Assembly: GCA_950097015.1 (NCBI GenBank)
Contig: CATNEN010000007.1
Coordinates: forward strand, 11,718,001-11,782,000
Direction of reading: 5' to 3'
Source of the DNA: Macrostomum hystrix
Taxonomy: Eukaryota > Animalia > Platyhelminthes
Length of the DNA stretch: 64,000 nt
Made by a program: the position numbers and the translations under genes. Within the stretch, counting starts at the first letter, position 1. Each line of letters starts with the position of its first letter. This document shows, in pieces, positions 1 through 11,097 of the stretch. The notes under the pieces were generated by a model. The model saw only the letters and a list, made by a program, of their open reading frames with translations. It had not been told where the DNA came from and searched no databases.

Positions 1-1809
1 CACCCAACAGATTTCAAAAAAATAAACTCGCTGACTCTGACACTGCGGTTCTTGGGCATTAAAAGCGTTGCAGGCTTTCATTCTTGCACTTAATTAATTT
101 GCATTCAGCTTCCCCAATCGGCGATGAAAGCCTGCGGGGCTCCGAGCTATCCCACAATGGCTTCGACTCCTGCACGTTGGGTTTGCAAACGTTTTTAGAA
201 TTATCCAATCGAATGGAGCAACATAAAAAGCTCCGCCGCCACTCATGTCGGGTAGAAAACTGAATTATTTTGAAAGTAAATATCTATGACTTCCCTTGCG
301 AGCTGCAGTCCAGAGCGAGTCGAGATGCTGACTCAGCAACCAACCGGTTCAGGCTGGTATTTCTGAGCACACCTGCCTCAAAAATTGACACGAAATTGCA
401 GTTTCTTTTGTTCAACAGGAAGCTGAAAGAGGAACTGCTGCTGCAGTGAGCAGTGCTCAGATTGGGGCAAACTCCGCTTGAGCTGCGAGTCGACTTATCA
501 ATATTTAGAGAAGCGAATGAAAAGGCATCACTGCAGCAGCAGCTCAGAATCTCTCAAATTTCCCACAGAGACCGTAGAAAGCGAAGCATAGGCTGCTTGA
601 GCTGGGCGAGCACCATGAGACACATGCCTCACGCGTCTCAACTGAGCCCCGGCTCAAGGACAATCAGAAACAGAATTGCGAATCAATGACTCTTCGATGC
701 GAGACTGATGGTGCGGCCCATCTAACGCTTGTCGAGACGGCAACTCAGACATCAACCAGGCCAGACCACATGATAAAAACGGTGCCAAAGAATTACAACT
801 ACTGTACAGTGCTGGTAGGGCTTGGGATTAATTCAATAAATTCCTGTCAAGTCAGGCTTCCTGCTGTCACAGGTCAAGCAGAGGACAAAACCTCGGCGAC
901 CCATCAGGTGAATTTTAGCTGGAGGTGCAAAGAAGGCCGAACCAGTGCCGCAGTTCACACGGCTGAAAACAGGCAGGTCAGGCGGCAGTGGACCGAAATC
1001 AATTCACCTCGGGAGAGCTGCTGCAGTGCTCAGCCCCGCCGACCACCTGACCCACAGGCCATCAGCTAATTGCATAGGCGCATAGGAGAGACAAACAGTT
1101 ATTTCGTGGAAAGAGAAAGTGCCAGCAAATTTTTAATTTCAACTAACTGTTCTCCCAGCTTTTCAATAACCAGTCAGGAGAGCTGTCACGAGAACTGTTG
1201 CTAATGAAGCTCTTAGTATCAGGTTTGCTGACACTCATCGACTGGCAGCCCGAGTCTAGCCGGCACAATTCAGGTCTAAGAGAACGCGAAGCTGTGGACA
1301 GTCATAGCAAGCATAAAATGAAGATTTTGAGCATAAGAAGAGCCTTGGAGGACTGGCCTCTGTAACTGCCTGCGTGGGTGCAAGTGAGCTGCAAGGGTTC
1401 GAGCAACCCCAAATAACTATGCGGAGAGTCCTCACGGCCTGCAAATGACTTGCCTGTACTATTAGGCGAAGCTATTCTCGGAGCAAGGCCTTGTTGATAA
1501 GCAGCATCGCTCAAACCCGGCGCCCCACTGGGACAGACAGCTAATTACTGCTGGACCCCACCTGAATAATGCAGCATCATTCATGCAACTGGGCTGCAGC
1601 GGTGCGTCACAGCCTCCACAGCGGAGAATGCTGGCCATCCATCCACCAGCCATCAGTCACATGAGCAGAGCCCGCTCGAGACGTCCGCGGACACTTAATA
1701 AAATTAGATTTTTACACAATTTCATTAATTTCGGATGTCATTCAAATAGATAATCAGCAGTAAGCACGAGGCCGGAAATTCATATTTGCTGTGAAGTGTA
1801 AGCCTTGCC

Positions 1810-2380
1810 TTGGAACTGAGGCATCTGGAACATTGGAACTGAGGCATCTGGAACAGTGGAACTGAGGCATCTGAAACAGTGGAACTGAGGCATCTGGAAC
1901 AGTGGAACTGAGGCATCTGGAACAGTGGAACTGAGGCATCTGGAACAGTGGAACTGAGGCATCTGGAATATTGGAACTGAGGCATCTGGAACAGTGGAAC
2001 TGAGGCATCTGGAACAGTGGAACTGAGGCATCTGGAACAGTGGAACTGAGGCATCTGAAACAGTGGAACTGAGGCATCTGGAACAGTGGAACTGAGGCAT
2101 CTGAAACAGTGGAACTGAGGCATCTGGAACAGTGGAACCGAGGCATCTGGAACAGTGGAACTGAGGCATCTGGAACAGTGGAACTGAGGCATCTGGAACA
2201 GTGGAACTGAGGCATCTGAAACAGTGGAACTGAGGCATCTGGAACAGTGGAACTGAGGCATCTGGAACAGTGGAACTGAGGCATCTGGAACAGTGGAACC
2301 GAGGCATCTGGAACAGTGGAACTGAGGCATCTGGAACAGTGGAACTGATGCATCTGGAACAGTGGAACTGAGGCATCTGG
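1810..2380. repeat. 23-bp tandem minisatellite (GGAACTGAGGCATCTGGAACAGT), ~24 copies
   Basis: Periodicity is directly visible and explains the three repetitive minus-strand ORFs at 1725-2497. Confidence 0.97.
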
Positions 2381-3445
2381 GTTGGGTAGTGAAATGAGGC
2401 AGGGGTATTTCAGCTCTAACGGGTTCGAAATCCGAATAACCAAGCAGCTTAGGCCTGTGCAGGTGTTTGATTCAGTGCAATAGCGGAGTTGCTGCAAAAC
2501 AGCTTTCTATATCGCCAGGGGTGGCTGGACAAAGCTATAACGAATTGAACAAGGAGCCAATAAAGGGTGGGAAAGTGTTGCACTCACTGGTTCCTAAGTG
2601 GGCCCACTTCGTCGATCAGTCACAGTTCTAATTGAATCTTTCCTCATCGCTTTGAACTAATTAATCAGGTGAAATGGGAATCAGTCCAATGCGCGCCTCA
2701 ATGCGAGCTCAAAGCGGCAATGAGGACCAGCCGGAAATTGTGAGGCCAGCCGGGCAAATGGAAGTCCGATTGCGGGATCCCTCACAGAAATCCGGCGCCT
2801 TAGCAACCGGGCCTTCCGCAGGTGCCAGTGCTTGCCCAGCAACTGTTGCTATGGGGGCGATGCCGAACCAAGGAAATGGGTTGGAGAAAAAGCAAAGAAT
2901 CCCAGCTCCTGGCGTAGGTCACCGGGACGCCGGTCTCAAAGAAGACAATCAAACCGATTTCTGTGGCTTGAGGCTGAGCCTAGAGCAAGTCAGTGTTTAT
3001 TTAGCAGCTGGTCAATGCACAAAAACAATATGTAAACACACAGGTAGCTGGGACTAGCCGCATTGCACTTGTTTAGCAAGGAAAGCTCACAGGAAGCTGC
3101 TGTAACACAATAGCGCTTAGGGCTCAAAGCAGAACTAATCGCAGAACACGCAGCCCAACAGCTCTTAAGAGAATGTGAGATTACTGCAGCGCATGGCTAA
3201 AGTAAAAAAGGCGAGCACTGGAAATTGCGCAAAAATAATAAATCCGTCTGATGTAGCTAAATTGCAGCCATAGAGATGATGCTGGGGAGGCAGGGCGGGC
3301 GGGTGGGTGTCAGGGGACAAAAGGCCGGCCTGCAGCCAGCCAGCGTATCCCAGTATAAAGACATGCGAGATGCCAGGAATCTTCGATTGTGAAGCTTGAA
3401 GGATTCGAGAGTCAGAAAAGAGTCAGACCGGAAAAGTGAGATGGA

Positions 3446-4110
3446 AGAGTCAGACTGAGAGTCAGACTGGGAGAGTCAGACTGGGAGAGTCAGACTGGGA
3501 GAGTCAGACTGGGAGAGTCAGACTGTGAGAGTCAGACTGAGAGAGTCAGACTGGGAGAGTCAGACTGGGAGAGTCAGACTGGGAGAGTCAGACTGGGAGA
3601 GAGAGGCAGAGAGAGACAGACTGAGAGAGTCAGACTGGGAGAGTCAGACTGGGAGAGACAGACTGAGAGAGACAGACTGAGAGAGTCAGACTGGGAGAGT
3701 CAGACTGGGAGAGACAGACTGAGAGAGTCAGACAGAGAGAGACAGAGAGAGACAGACTGAGAGAGTCAGACTGGGAGAGACAGACTGAGAGAGTCAGACA
3801 GAGAGAGACAGAGAGAGACAGACTGAGAGAGTCAGACAGAGAGAGACAGACTGAGAGAGTCAGACAGAGAGAGACAGACTGGGAGAGTCAGACTGGGAGA
3901 GTCAGACTGGGAGAGTCAGACTGGGAGAGTCAGACTGGGAGAGTCAGACTGGGAGAGTCAGACTGGGAGAGACAGACTGGGAGAGACAGACTGAGAGAGT
4001 CAGACTGGGAGAGTCAGACTGGGAGAGTCAGACTGGGAGAGTCAGACTGGGAGAGACAGACTGAGAGAGTCAGACTGGGAGAGTCAGACTGGGAGAGTCA
4101 CACTGAGAAA
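3446..4110. repeat. 14-bp purine-rich minisatellite (GAGAGTCAGACTGG) with GA-rich variants
   Basis: Directly visible tandem array. Confidence 0.95.
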
Positions 4111-4718
4111 GTCAGCAATTAAAATAAATTCAATGCGTATAAGGCAATCCGAATGAGGAAAACCCCAATAAAAATGCAGGGCAGATCCGCGCCAGCCCCG
4201 ATCAGGTGTCATCAGGCACTCAGCGAATCGATAAATAGAAGCGGCCTTCACGATTGTAAACAATAAAACTGCTAGCAGATTGTGACACAGAATGCAAAGA
4301 CAATTCTCAAGGTCCTACTGAGATAGTAGGCTGTGTAAGATTTTACGCAACAAATCCGCAGTGGCTGATGAGGCGGCAAAATGTCTGGTTTCGCCGCGCT
4401 TTTGCAGTACGGCAAAGTTTGCGATGCAATAATACGAGTATACGGAATGTTCCCAGCGGAATAAACTAGAACTAGATCAAAGTATTACTATATTGTTATT
4501 GTAGATTGCAGATTCCCAAGAAATTGAAGATTATTTTTCACTAATATTTAGATTTGAAATCGACCGGTGAGGCAATTACTTTTTCGGCAGTTTTTCTGCA
4601 ACGTAATCCGCCCAAAATCCCACAGGAATCGCAGTAAAAACTAGGTCGACTGTGTGCAAATGAATGAGCAGTAAATTAGTATGTACACTGTACACCCCAG
4701 TTGATGGCATCACACAAG

Positions 4719-5693
4719 TCAGGATGCCAATGCTGCCGCACAGGGCGGAGATGCCTTGCTGCGCTGTTCTTGCTGCTGCTGCTGCTGCTGCTGCTGGCCA
4801 TTGTGCCTCCGGTAGGACTTGGACTGCCTGTCGAACAGCAGCGGCAGGCGGCCCAGCTGGCCGTCGTGGCGATTCTTGGCCACCTGCAGGTAGCGCTGCG
4901 GATGCGGCCGGTCATCCATGCCGGACTCGTCCTGCAGCAGCAGTACATTGTCCGCCTCCTGGGTCACCTTGCCGCCGCCGTAGACGGAGCCAACCTCCAG
5001 CAGCCTCTTCGTGTCCTCCTTGCGCGGGTGGGCCACCAGGGACACGTGCAGGCCGGTCCGGTTCACCAGCTGTCGCAGCTGGCCCACGAACCGGTCCTGC
5101 CGGAGGAACCGCTCCGTCATGGAGGCATCCGGTTCGCCGCCCAGCAGGAACTGCAGGTTGTCGATGACGGCGTGTCGGATGCCAAGCTGGCCGGTGGCCG
5201 CCGCTTCCAGGTCGCGGAGCACCGACGCTGTGGCCTGCGGTCCGTGATAATCCAGGAAGTGCATCGGCAGCGACGCGAAGGCGTCCATGACGGCGTTGAT
5301 GGTGTCTGCGGACTCGCGGTGCAGCGGGCGGCCCGAGAACTGGTGCAGCATCAGCGAGCACAGGCGGTGCAGTGGCACCTCGAAGCTGCCCCACAGGGTG
5401 GGCACGCCCTGCTCGCACAGGTCCAGCGAGTACTCGGACAGTAGCGTGGTCTTGCCCGTGCCGGTCCGGCCGCACAGCACCGTCAGCTCGTGGGTGCGGA
5501 AGCCCTTCAGCAGGGCGTTGAGCTCGGTGAAGCGGGCCCAGCGCTGGCCCTGCTCCTCGTGGTGGCGTAGGAGGCCCTGCAGGGTGCGGCTGCGCAGCCG
5601 CCCAGTGAGGCCGATCACGCGGCCAGGCAGAGAGCCCGCGGCCGACGCGGCAGCTGCGGTGGACTGGGCGAAGCAGGCGGGTAGGGGTTTCAC
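4719..5693 (-). CDS. TWNK: Twinkle-like mitochondrial SF4 (DnaB-type) DNA helicase, linker and helicase domain only; exon starts at acceptor ctcag|GTG
   Basis: Twinkle-specific motifs: RWARFTELNALLKGFRTHELTVLCGRTGTGKTT (Walker A), SEYSLDLCEQGVPTLWGSFEV, HAVIDNLQF (Walker B), VAHPRKED, KVTQEADNVL, LQVAKNRHDGQLG. There is an in-frame TGA just upstream of 5708 and no ATG before the Walker A motif. Confidence 0.92.
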   Translation of the reverse strand: MKPLPACFAQSTAAAASAAGSLPGRVIGLTGRLRSRTLQGLLRHHEEQGQRWARFTELNALLKGFRTHELTVLCGRTGTGKTTLLSEYSLDLCEQGVPTLWGSFEVPLHRLCSLMLHQFSGRPLHRESADTINAVMDAFASLPMHFLDYHGPQATASVLRDLEAAATGQLGIRHAVIDNLQFLLGGEPDASMTERFLRQDRFVGQLRQLVNRTGLHVSLVAHPRKEDTKRLLEVGSVYGGGKVTQEADNVLLLQDESGMDDRPHPQRYLQVAKNRHDGQLGRLPLLFDRQSKSYRRHNGQQQQQQQQQEQRSKASPPCAAALAS

Positions 5694-5757
5694 CTGAGTC
5701 CCAACCAATCATGCATTCTTTGTGCTGGGCTGGCCTTGGCCCGCTTCGCTATCAGTA

Positions 5758-5937
5758 GACCAGCCACTGCTCACAAGGATAAGTACAGGACCAGCCACTG
5801 CTCACAAGGATAAGTACAGGACCAGCCACTGCTCACAAGGATAAGTACAGGGCCAGCCACTGCTCACTAGGATAATTACAGGACCAGTCACTGCTCACTA
5901 GGATAAGTACAGGACCAGTCACTGCTCACTAGGATAA
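5758..5937. repeat. 31-bp tandem repeat (GACCAGCCACTGCTCACAAGGATAAGTACAG), ~6 copies
   Basis: Directly visible. Confidence 0.95.
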
Positions 5938-6318
5938 TGTTTGTATGACCAAAGCAGAAGAAACACAAAGTCGGTTAAAAAGCCGGCAGAAGTTGTCTAG
6001 TATTTAGTAAAAACAGATCGATAAGCAGTTTTGTTAAGATTTTAAATACAGAGCAATGCACACTGGGCAGCGGAAGACATGGCGGAATGTTTGTTCGAAG
6101 ACCAATCGAAAGCCTTGGGATAATGTTTACCATTTTGTGAGATTCATGTGACCTGAACTGTCAGGGCTGACAAAAATGTGCTAAAATAAAGTGAAGGCCA
6201 GTGCGATTTGCACCAATCGTCAGCAATGCGTAGGAGAAGAATAGCCAAAAATGGAAGCGCTCGGGAAGGCAAACAATTTATAAGCAAACGCAATAAGGCC
6301 GAGCAGACTACTAGCCGG

Positions 6319-7383
6319 TCAGTAGTAGGAAGGCGGCGCCCGCCTAGCCGCCAGGCACCAGTTGCCCTGCTCATGCCACTCGCGCAGGCAGTCCAGGCCG
6401 AGGCCGCGGGCGCAGTCGGTCAGCTCGCCCTGCCTGAACACGTGGTAGAAACGAAAGCGCCGGCCCTCGTTCACCAGCCCGCCACAGCCGCAGGCTCCGT
6501 CGCACAGGCAGTCGCCAGCAGCAGCCAGGCGTCTGGGACACGAGGAGGCGGGGAATTCGCGAATGCGAAATTCGGCGCTCGATTCGCCACAGTCGCTGTC
6601 CTCGGCGTCGTCGCTGTCCCGCAGTACGCCGACGTTTGTGCACTCCTTGTCGACTGTGGTGGCGGCGTTGCCAGAAAAAAGAGCCGACAGCAGAGGCAGC
6701 GAGAACAGACGACGGAGCCAGGGCGACTTCAATGAAACGGACGACTTCGGCTGCGCTAGCTTCGGTGACAGAGGCTCAGGGGCGCCCCAGGGAACCAGCA
6801 GATCCTGGCAGTCAGAGGAACGTTCGCGGCGCCCGGGCTGCTCGAAGGCCCAAGCGGTGACTAGAAGGCGGCCGCCGGGCCGTAGGAGGCGGGCAGCCTC
6901 GGCTAGTAGGCGACGCCGACGGTCGCGCGATGCCAGGTGGTGCACTACCGACACGCAGGTCACGGCGTCGAAGGCGGCCGAGCGCAGCGGGCAGCGGAGA
7001 GCGTCACCTCGGACCAGCAAGAGTTGCTGACGCTGCCGGCCCTGGCGCTGCTGCTTCCGCCGTTGCCAGCCGTCATTCGCAGCCAGCAGGAGGTCGAGGC
7101 AGATGTCGGCTCCGATGGCTAGGTGACCCCGCAAAGCAGCCAACCGAGCCAGGGAGGCGGCCGAGTTGCCGCAGCCGAGGTCGGCAAGCAGGCAGCCCGG
7201 CGGAAGGTCTAGCAGGAGGTCACGCACGCAGGCAGGTAGGCGACGGCCGCAGCGGGTGGCATCACTGGAGCAGGCGGCCAATGCGGGCGCCATGCAGCTA
7301 TAGACCCGGTGGACGAATTTCTCTTCCAGGGCTGCCTCCGCCTCGCCAGAGCCATCCGCAGATGCAGCCAGCTGCTGCTGCCG
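6319..7383 (-). CDS. TRMT9B: TRM9/TRMT9B-like class I SAM-dependent tRNA methyltransferase; coding region extends 90 nt upstream of the ORF-track ATG to acceptor ctgcag|CGG
   Basis: N-terminal TRM9 motif ALEEKFVHRVYSCMAP lies upstream of the first Met. Also motif I LADLGCGN, FDAVTCVSVVHHL, LRPGGRLLVTAWAFEQ, QDLLVPW, a long insertion, RFYHVFRQGEL and EQGNWC. The insertion between DLLVPW and RFYHVF is as in TRMT9B. Confidence 0.85.
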   Translation of the reverse strand, partial: RQQQLAASADGSGEAEAALEEKFVHRVYSCMAPALAACSSDATRCGRRLPACVRDLLLDLPPGCLLADLGCGNSAASLARLAALRGHLAIGADICLDLLLAANDGWQRRKQQRQGRQRQQLLLVRGDALRCPLRSAAFDAVTCVSVVHHLASRDRRRRLLAEAARLLRPGGRLLVTAWAFEQPGRRERSSDCQDLLVPWGAPEPLSPKLAQPKSSVSLKSPWLRRLFSLPLLSALFSGNAATTVDKECTNVGVLRDSDDAEDSDCGESSAEFRIREFPASSCPRRLAAAGDCLCDGACGCGGLVNEGRRFRFYHVFRQGELTDCARGLGLDCLREWHEQGNWCLAARRAPPSYY

Positions 7384-7713
7384 CTGCAGTTAGCGAGAAA
7401 AACGGAAATCAGCTTGAGTTACTCATTGTGTACCACGTGGGCCACAGGAAATGCAGTTTGCTAAACCGAAGTGCATCTAATAAGAGTTCTGATTAACAAA
7501 CAGGCAAAGAAAACCAACCACAACTCATTATCTTCATATACAAATGTTCAGTTTGCAACTAATGCAAAACGGGCCATTGCAGACCTTTGTATAATAACAA
7601 GCTCAATTAGTTGTGCGTTTCTGACCACAGCATCCGAGGGCAGTAATATTGTCCGTTAATAATAGAGTTCATCGTCGAGGCCATCAAAAGGCTGGTTGGC
7701 TGGGGCACAAGCA

Positions 7714-7929
7714 CAGAACGCTGTTGACTGCACCACCCAGGCCATGGAGAAGTTCAACGTCGAGAAGGACATTGCGGCCTACATCAAGAAGGAGTTCGAC
7801 AAGAAATACAACCCGACCTGGCACTGCATTGTGGATCGCAACTTCGGCAGCTACGTGACGCACGTGAGCAAGCACTTCATCTACTTCTACCAGGGACAGT
7901 TGGCCATTCTGTTGTTCAAGTCCGGCTAA
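7714..7929 (+). pseudogene. DYNLL: Dynein light chain LC8 (DYNLL) fragment, 5'-truncated, probable pseudogene
   Basis: [50 protein letters not shown]...ILLFKSG* is clearly LC8. The first ~17 residues (KAVIKNADM) are absent, and normally conserved residues differ (IVGRN to IVDRN, THETKH to THVSKH, FYLGQ to FYQGQ). Confidence 0.7.
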
Positions 7930-8484
7930 ACCTGCAGTTGAGAAGGGAACACTAAGGACCCTACATTCTCTGAGCTAAGGTCCGCTCCTACCCGTCCCTT
8001 TCTGTTTGTAAAGCTTGAAAAAATACATTATTATATACAAACTTCTATTTTTGTCTCCGACTGTCACTGCTTTAGTGCCACAGCAGACCCCTGTTGCTTT
8101 TCAAAGCCTTAATCTGAAAGCAAATAAAAAACTGAGCAAAAATGTGGAAATTTGTTCCAATACTCGCAGTCCGAACGGGAAACCAATGACGCGTATAACG
8201 AGAGAACGATAGCAGAACAAAGGCAAGCTTCGGCTAGAACAGCGGCAAGTCTGTTTTCAACAGTAGAGATCAAACTGTGATTAGGCGCCAGGCACTAATT
8301 AGGCACGCTGGCTAGGTCTAATGGGGCAGAAAATTGAGCATAAGACGCCCACAGCCAGTTGGCGGAAATCATCACTCAGAACCCACTATAGGCTGATTGG
8401 CTAAAAAGATAAAACTTTAGCTTTAGCTTTAGGACGAATCGTGACAATCACTATGCCGCGGTATGGCCGCCACCGCATATATTA

Positions 8485-9064
8485 ATGCCTGCTGACTGCC
8501 TCGGAGACAAACCATGCGGAACAGAGATGAACAACTGCGGACAATTTCCCAAGCTGACCTCAAAGGTGAGGCGCGAGTCAATCAACAGGGAGATCGTGGA
8601 GCTGAAGCGATGCCTTCCGCTGCCTCGGTCTGTCACCAAGAAGCTTTCCTACTTGCACATCTTATCGCTGACAAACACATACCTGAAGAAGCTGCTGCAC
8701 ATGCCACCATTGCGGCCACCTGCACAGCAACATGAGCTCCTCGCTCCTAGCAACACGGAAGCGTGCGCCGCACTGGATTTTTTCTTTGTGCTGATGAACC
8801 AGCAGCTGGAAATTCTGTACATATCGGACAACTGCAACCAGTTCCTGCCCAAGACAAACACAGAGCTGATGGCGCAGTGCCGCAGCCTGGCCCAGCTGCT
8901 AGAGTTGCCTGCTAGACCGGAGCGCCTGCTGTCTCGGGGCAGCGAAGGCGGGCACGAGCTCGCTTTTCTGGTGAGCCAGACAGCCCGGCAAAAGAAGCAG
9001 CAGCAGCAATCAGCGGCAGCGGGCGAAGAAGAAGAGGATGGAGGAGCTGGCGACTTGCCAGCTG
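8485..9064 (+). CDS. NPAS4: NPAS4/dysfusion-like bHLH-PAS transcription factor, exon 1 (bHLH and PAS-A)
   Basis: SKVRRESINREIVELKRCLPL...KLSYLHILSL matches the NPAS4-type bHLH (LSYLHIMSL). PAS-A motif EILYISDN. Phase-1 donor G|gtgagc at 9064/9065. Confidence 0.8.
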
Positions 9065-9261
9065 GTGAGCTCAGTTTTTGATAAGCAGCACAAACGAAAG
9101 AAGTGGGAACCATAAAAGAAACAGGAAAAGAGCGACCTCGCCAAATGACCTGAAAATTTCCGAGGAACGAGGGAGTGGGAAAGAATCAAATACTGTACAT
9201 CAGTGAAGAGAACAAGTATTAAAAACAGAAGCTGGATAAACAAAAAGCTTCCAACATCCAG

Positions 9262-9971
9262 CAGGCGCTCAGCACGTGACCCTGAGTATCCGGGAAGTCA
9301 TTCCGCCGCATATTCTTTACTACGGTAACGAGCATCAGTACAACCAGCACGAGCCCCCGGACAGTCAGCAGCACCGGCTACTCCTGGCCGAGTGCCGGAT
9401 GCTACAGGACGACGCCGCACCCATGGGCACCCTGGACCTTCTGACGTTGCATGAGCCGGACATGCGGCTGCGCTCCGCCTCGCAGCTTTTCCTGGACCAT
9501 TTCCCTGGCCTGGCAGCCAGGCACAGCTGGTACCAGCTGGTGCATCCGGATGACCTCGGCCTGGCCAGCTGCATGCACGCGGAGGCGCTGAACAGCCCCG
9601 ATAGGCCTGCCCGCGCCGCCCTGCGGCTGCTCCGGCCAGACGGCCAACCGGGACCCGCCTGTCTGGCCAGCCTGCGGGCAGTGGCTGATGCAACATCGGG
9701 CGTTGCCACTAGCCTCCGCTGCAGCTATAGGGTAGCTTGGCCGGCCCAGCTGCCAGCCCTGCGCCTCTTCAGCCACATAAACAGGTGCCTGATCGCGCAG
9801 GAGACGGCGGCTACGCCGTCTGAGACCGGCTTCAGTCACGATGTGCAGACGGACTGGAACCCCGCCTACGTAGCCGAAGGCGCCTGGGACTTTGACTACT
9901 GCAGCTGCGACTGCTGCCATGGCGCCTACTCTAACCAGTATGCTCACTGCCACTACGACTACTGGCACTGA
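9262..9971 (+). CDS. NPAS4: NPAS4/dysfusion-like bHLH-PAS factor, exon 2 (PAS-B and short tail)
   Basis: Phase-compatible NAGNAG acceptor (ccag|cag|) at 9261/9264. PAS-B motifs LHEPDMRL and SWYQLVHPDDL. Total ~429 aa. Confidence 0.8.
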
Positions 9972-10300
9972 GCACACCTGACACAGCCTCACGACACCTG
10001 ACACTGAGCCTTACCTCACATGACACTGAGCCTAACTAGACCTGATACTGAGCCTAACCACACCTGACACTGAGCCTAACCACACCTGACACTGAGCCTC
10101 ATGACACCTGACACTGAGCCTCACCTCACCTGACACTGAGCCTTACCACACCTCACACTGATCCTCACCTCACCTGACACTGAGCCTTACTACACCTCAC
10201 ACTGAGCCTCACGACACCTGACAATGAGCCTCACGACACCTGACAATGAGCCTTACCACACCTGACACTGAGCCTCACGACACCTGACAATGAACCTCAC
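9966..10300. repeat. ~22-bp degenerate tandem repeat (CACACCTGACACTGAGCCT..) starting at the bHLH-PAS stop codon
   Basis: Directly visible. Confidence 0.9.
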
Positions 10301-11097
10301 CACAAAACTGAGATTTTCTCCGAAAGATTAAGACTGAACCAGAATGAGACAAAATGGTCACTTAAATTTAAAACAGTGCAGACCGCTAGTGGAAATGAAC
10401 GCTAGCAACCTGACAACTCAATCGTGTCGCTAATGCTACCTACTGCAAATAAAATAAAAACAGACAAAGCAATCCAAAGGCCGCATTGATCAGTCAGACT
10501 CAACGAGACGGAGCGAAGCCTGCTCGAGTGTATTTGAATTTGTTTCATTCTTCCTACTTTCAGTTTTCCTATATGTTGCTGAACAATCAACTGGCCTCAA
10601 TTTTAGGGCCTTAGCACTTGAAACAATTAACCTAGCTAAGGGGAATGGGACAGAGGCGGTACTTGTGGAAGTTGTCTGAATCTTATTCAGTCCTTGAGCC
10701 AATAGCGGATAAACTGAGAGCAGCAGGCAGAACAATGCAGCTGGATAGGCATAAGAGAAACTGAGTAACCATTTGTTTAGTGAGCTGCTCAAGCAGGTGG
10801 AGAGGAGCAACACTTTCTACTCGGGCGTCGTTAACAATCAGTGAGAGTTCTAGTCAGAAGGCAGATACGGGGAAGGGCAAAACTGCGGCAGGAGAGCTGC
10901 GCGAGCTGAACAGCTACTACTATCAGTACTATAACTGTGATGTGTAGAAAAAAACTGCGGCAGTCAGTAGAAAAAGGGAGAGTATAAGAAAAGATAAGCA
11001 AGCAAGCGAGCGGTCCTCCTCAGGCCGGGCTCCCATTGCAGCCAGATGCTGGCAGTCAAACTCTAGCAACTTCAGCCAGCCGTCATGCAGCACCAGC

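Noticed and set aside
1-1700. Short ORFs in the first 1.7 kb
   Set aside because: No recognisable domain or consistent exon structure; left unannotated.
1725-2497. Three long repetitive minus-strand ORFs
   Set aside because: Artefacts of the 23-bp tandem repeat; the same peptide appears in all frames.
4664-7496. Plus-strand ORFs overlapping Twinkle and the methyltransferase
   Set aside because: Antisense shadows of GC-rich coding sequence with no recognisable motifs.
10440-10470. Strong-looking minus-strand acceptor (ttttatttgcag) as an extra SL site
   Set aside because: It is followed immediately by TAG with no ORF. The same bases read AATAAA on the plus strand, a plausible poly(A) signal for the bHLH-PAS gene.
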